From: Sphagnum compactum
Lineage: Eukaryota
DNA: 64,000 nt
Direction: 5' to 3'
Assembly: GCA_965153455.1 (NCBI GenBank)
Contig: OZ234493.1
Location: 34,896,213-34,960,212, forward strand
Positions 63,181-64,000 of the stretch are shown piece after piece. Made by a program: the position numbers and the translations under genes. Numbering within the stretch: the stretch's first letter is position 1; each line of letters begins with the position of its first letter. The notes beneath the pieces are model-generated. The model was given only the letters and a program-made list of their open reading frames with translations. It had not been told where the DNA came from and searched no databases.

Positions 63181-64000
63181 GGTTTTGAGCTGACGGGGCA
63201 GTGGACTGCCTGGTCGAGTTCAAATTTAGGGTTTGAGCTGACCTGGCAACCAGCTCAGCTGAGGCTGAAATTAATTAGACTGTTAAGGCTGATCTGGCGG
63301 TTGGTTAGTTGGTTGGTTGAGTGTGAATTGGACTTTGAGCTGACAACGAGGTGCTTTTGTTGAGTCCGAATTAGAATTTTAAGCTGATCTAGTCTGATCT
63401 AGTCCTCATTGGAGCTTTTACATTAGATTATAACCTGACCTGCTCAGTTGGGTCTGAATTGAACTTTAAGCTGGGTCTGGATTAAGCTTAAGTTGAGTGG
63501 TTGAGTGTGAGTTAGATTTAAGTTGGGTTACGAATAGACCAAGCTTTGAGCATTTAGAACATTTGAACAATTTAGAAACAATCACAAATTCTCTTCCCCC
63601 TGCTAGTTCATAAATTGTCATCATGTCCAATTTCACTCTTTTTTGTATTTTTCCCCTTAGTTTTGAGAAAATACATTCACTTATGAATCCATGTTCTATG
63701 TGAAGGTCACATGGATTTGAGAGATCTCTTAACCCTAACAAGCTTAGGGTGAAGGGGTGGATTCTCTCACCTCGGTGACAATTAACATGTATGTGCCATG
63801 ATTTTAGCTCTTTTTCTATAGGATGATGCACTTGGCAGTTTGTTCTGTCGAGATTTTGGGGTTGGTTTTGGTAGCCTCTTTGAACTATGAAACAAATGAC
63901 TCTACCAAATTTGCAACTTACACTAATCCAATTTCATTCACTTTGTGACTACACTCAATTTGGGAAATGAAACCAGTTCATTTGAACTAGTATAGCCTTT

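Overview
AT-rich, intron-containing land-plant nuclear DNA. The gene content and repeat style suggest a bryophyte, probably a moss such as Sphagnum, but this is inference. Genes that can be spliced by eye: the 5' half of an N-acetylglucosaminyltransferase I (GnTI/CGL1)-like gene (minus strand, running off the left edge), divergent from an intact 7-exon 60S ribosomal protein L17 (uL22) gene; a small two-exon single-TM protein of unknown function; a DAZ1/ZAT2-3-type C2H2 zinc-finger gene with a broken C-terminal half; an intact oil-body-associated protein (OBAP2/DUF1264) gene; and an intact 4-exon nepenthesin/CDR1-like aspartic protease. There is also a frameshifted UNC93-like transporter pseudogene. 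Intergenic DNA holds decayed mobile elements: two hAT transposase remnants, a Ty1/copia gag remnant, two ends of a CACTA-like element, a Tourist-like MITE, a Helitron-type 3' end, and two Helitron Rep/helicase remnants that each carry a C-terminal apurinic-type endonuclease (Helentron-like) and are joined head-to-head. Notable non-coding structures are a 62-bp fully paired hairpin, a MIRNA-like hairpin, and a telomere-derived 17/34-bp higher-order G-rich array. All protein identifications come from recalled motif similarity, not database searches. No clearly new multi-gene system can be demonstrated from the sequence alone.
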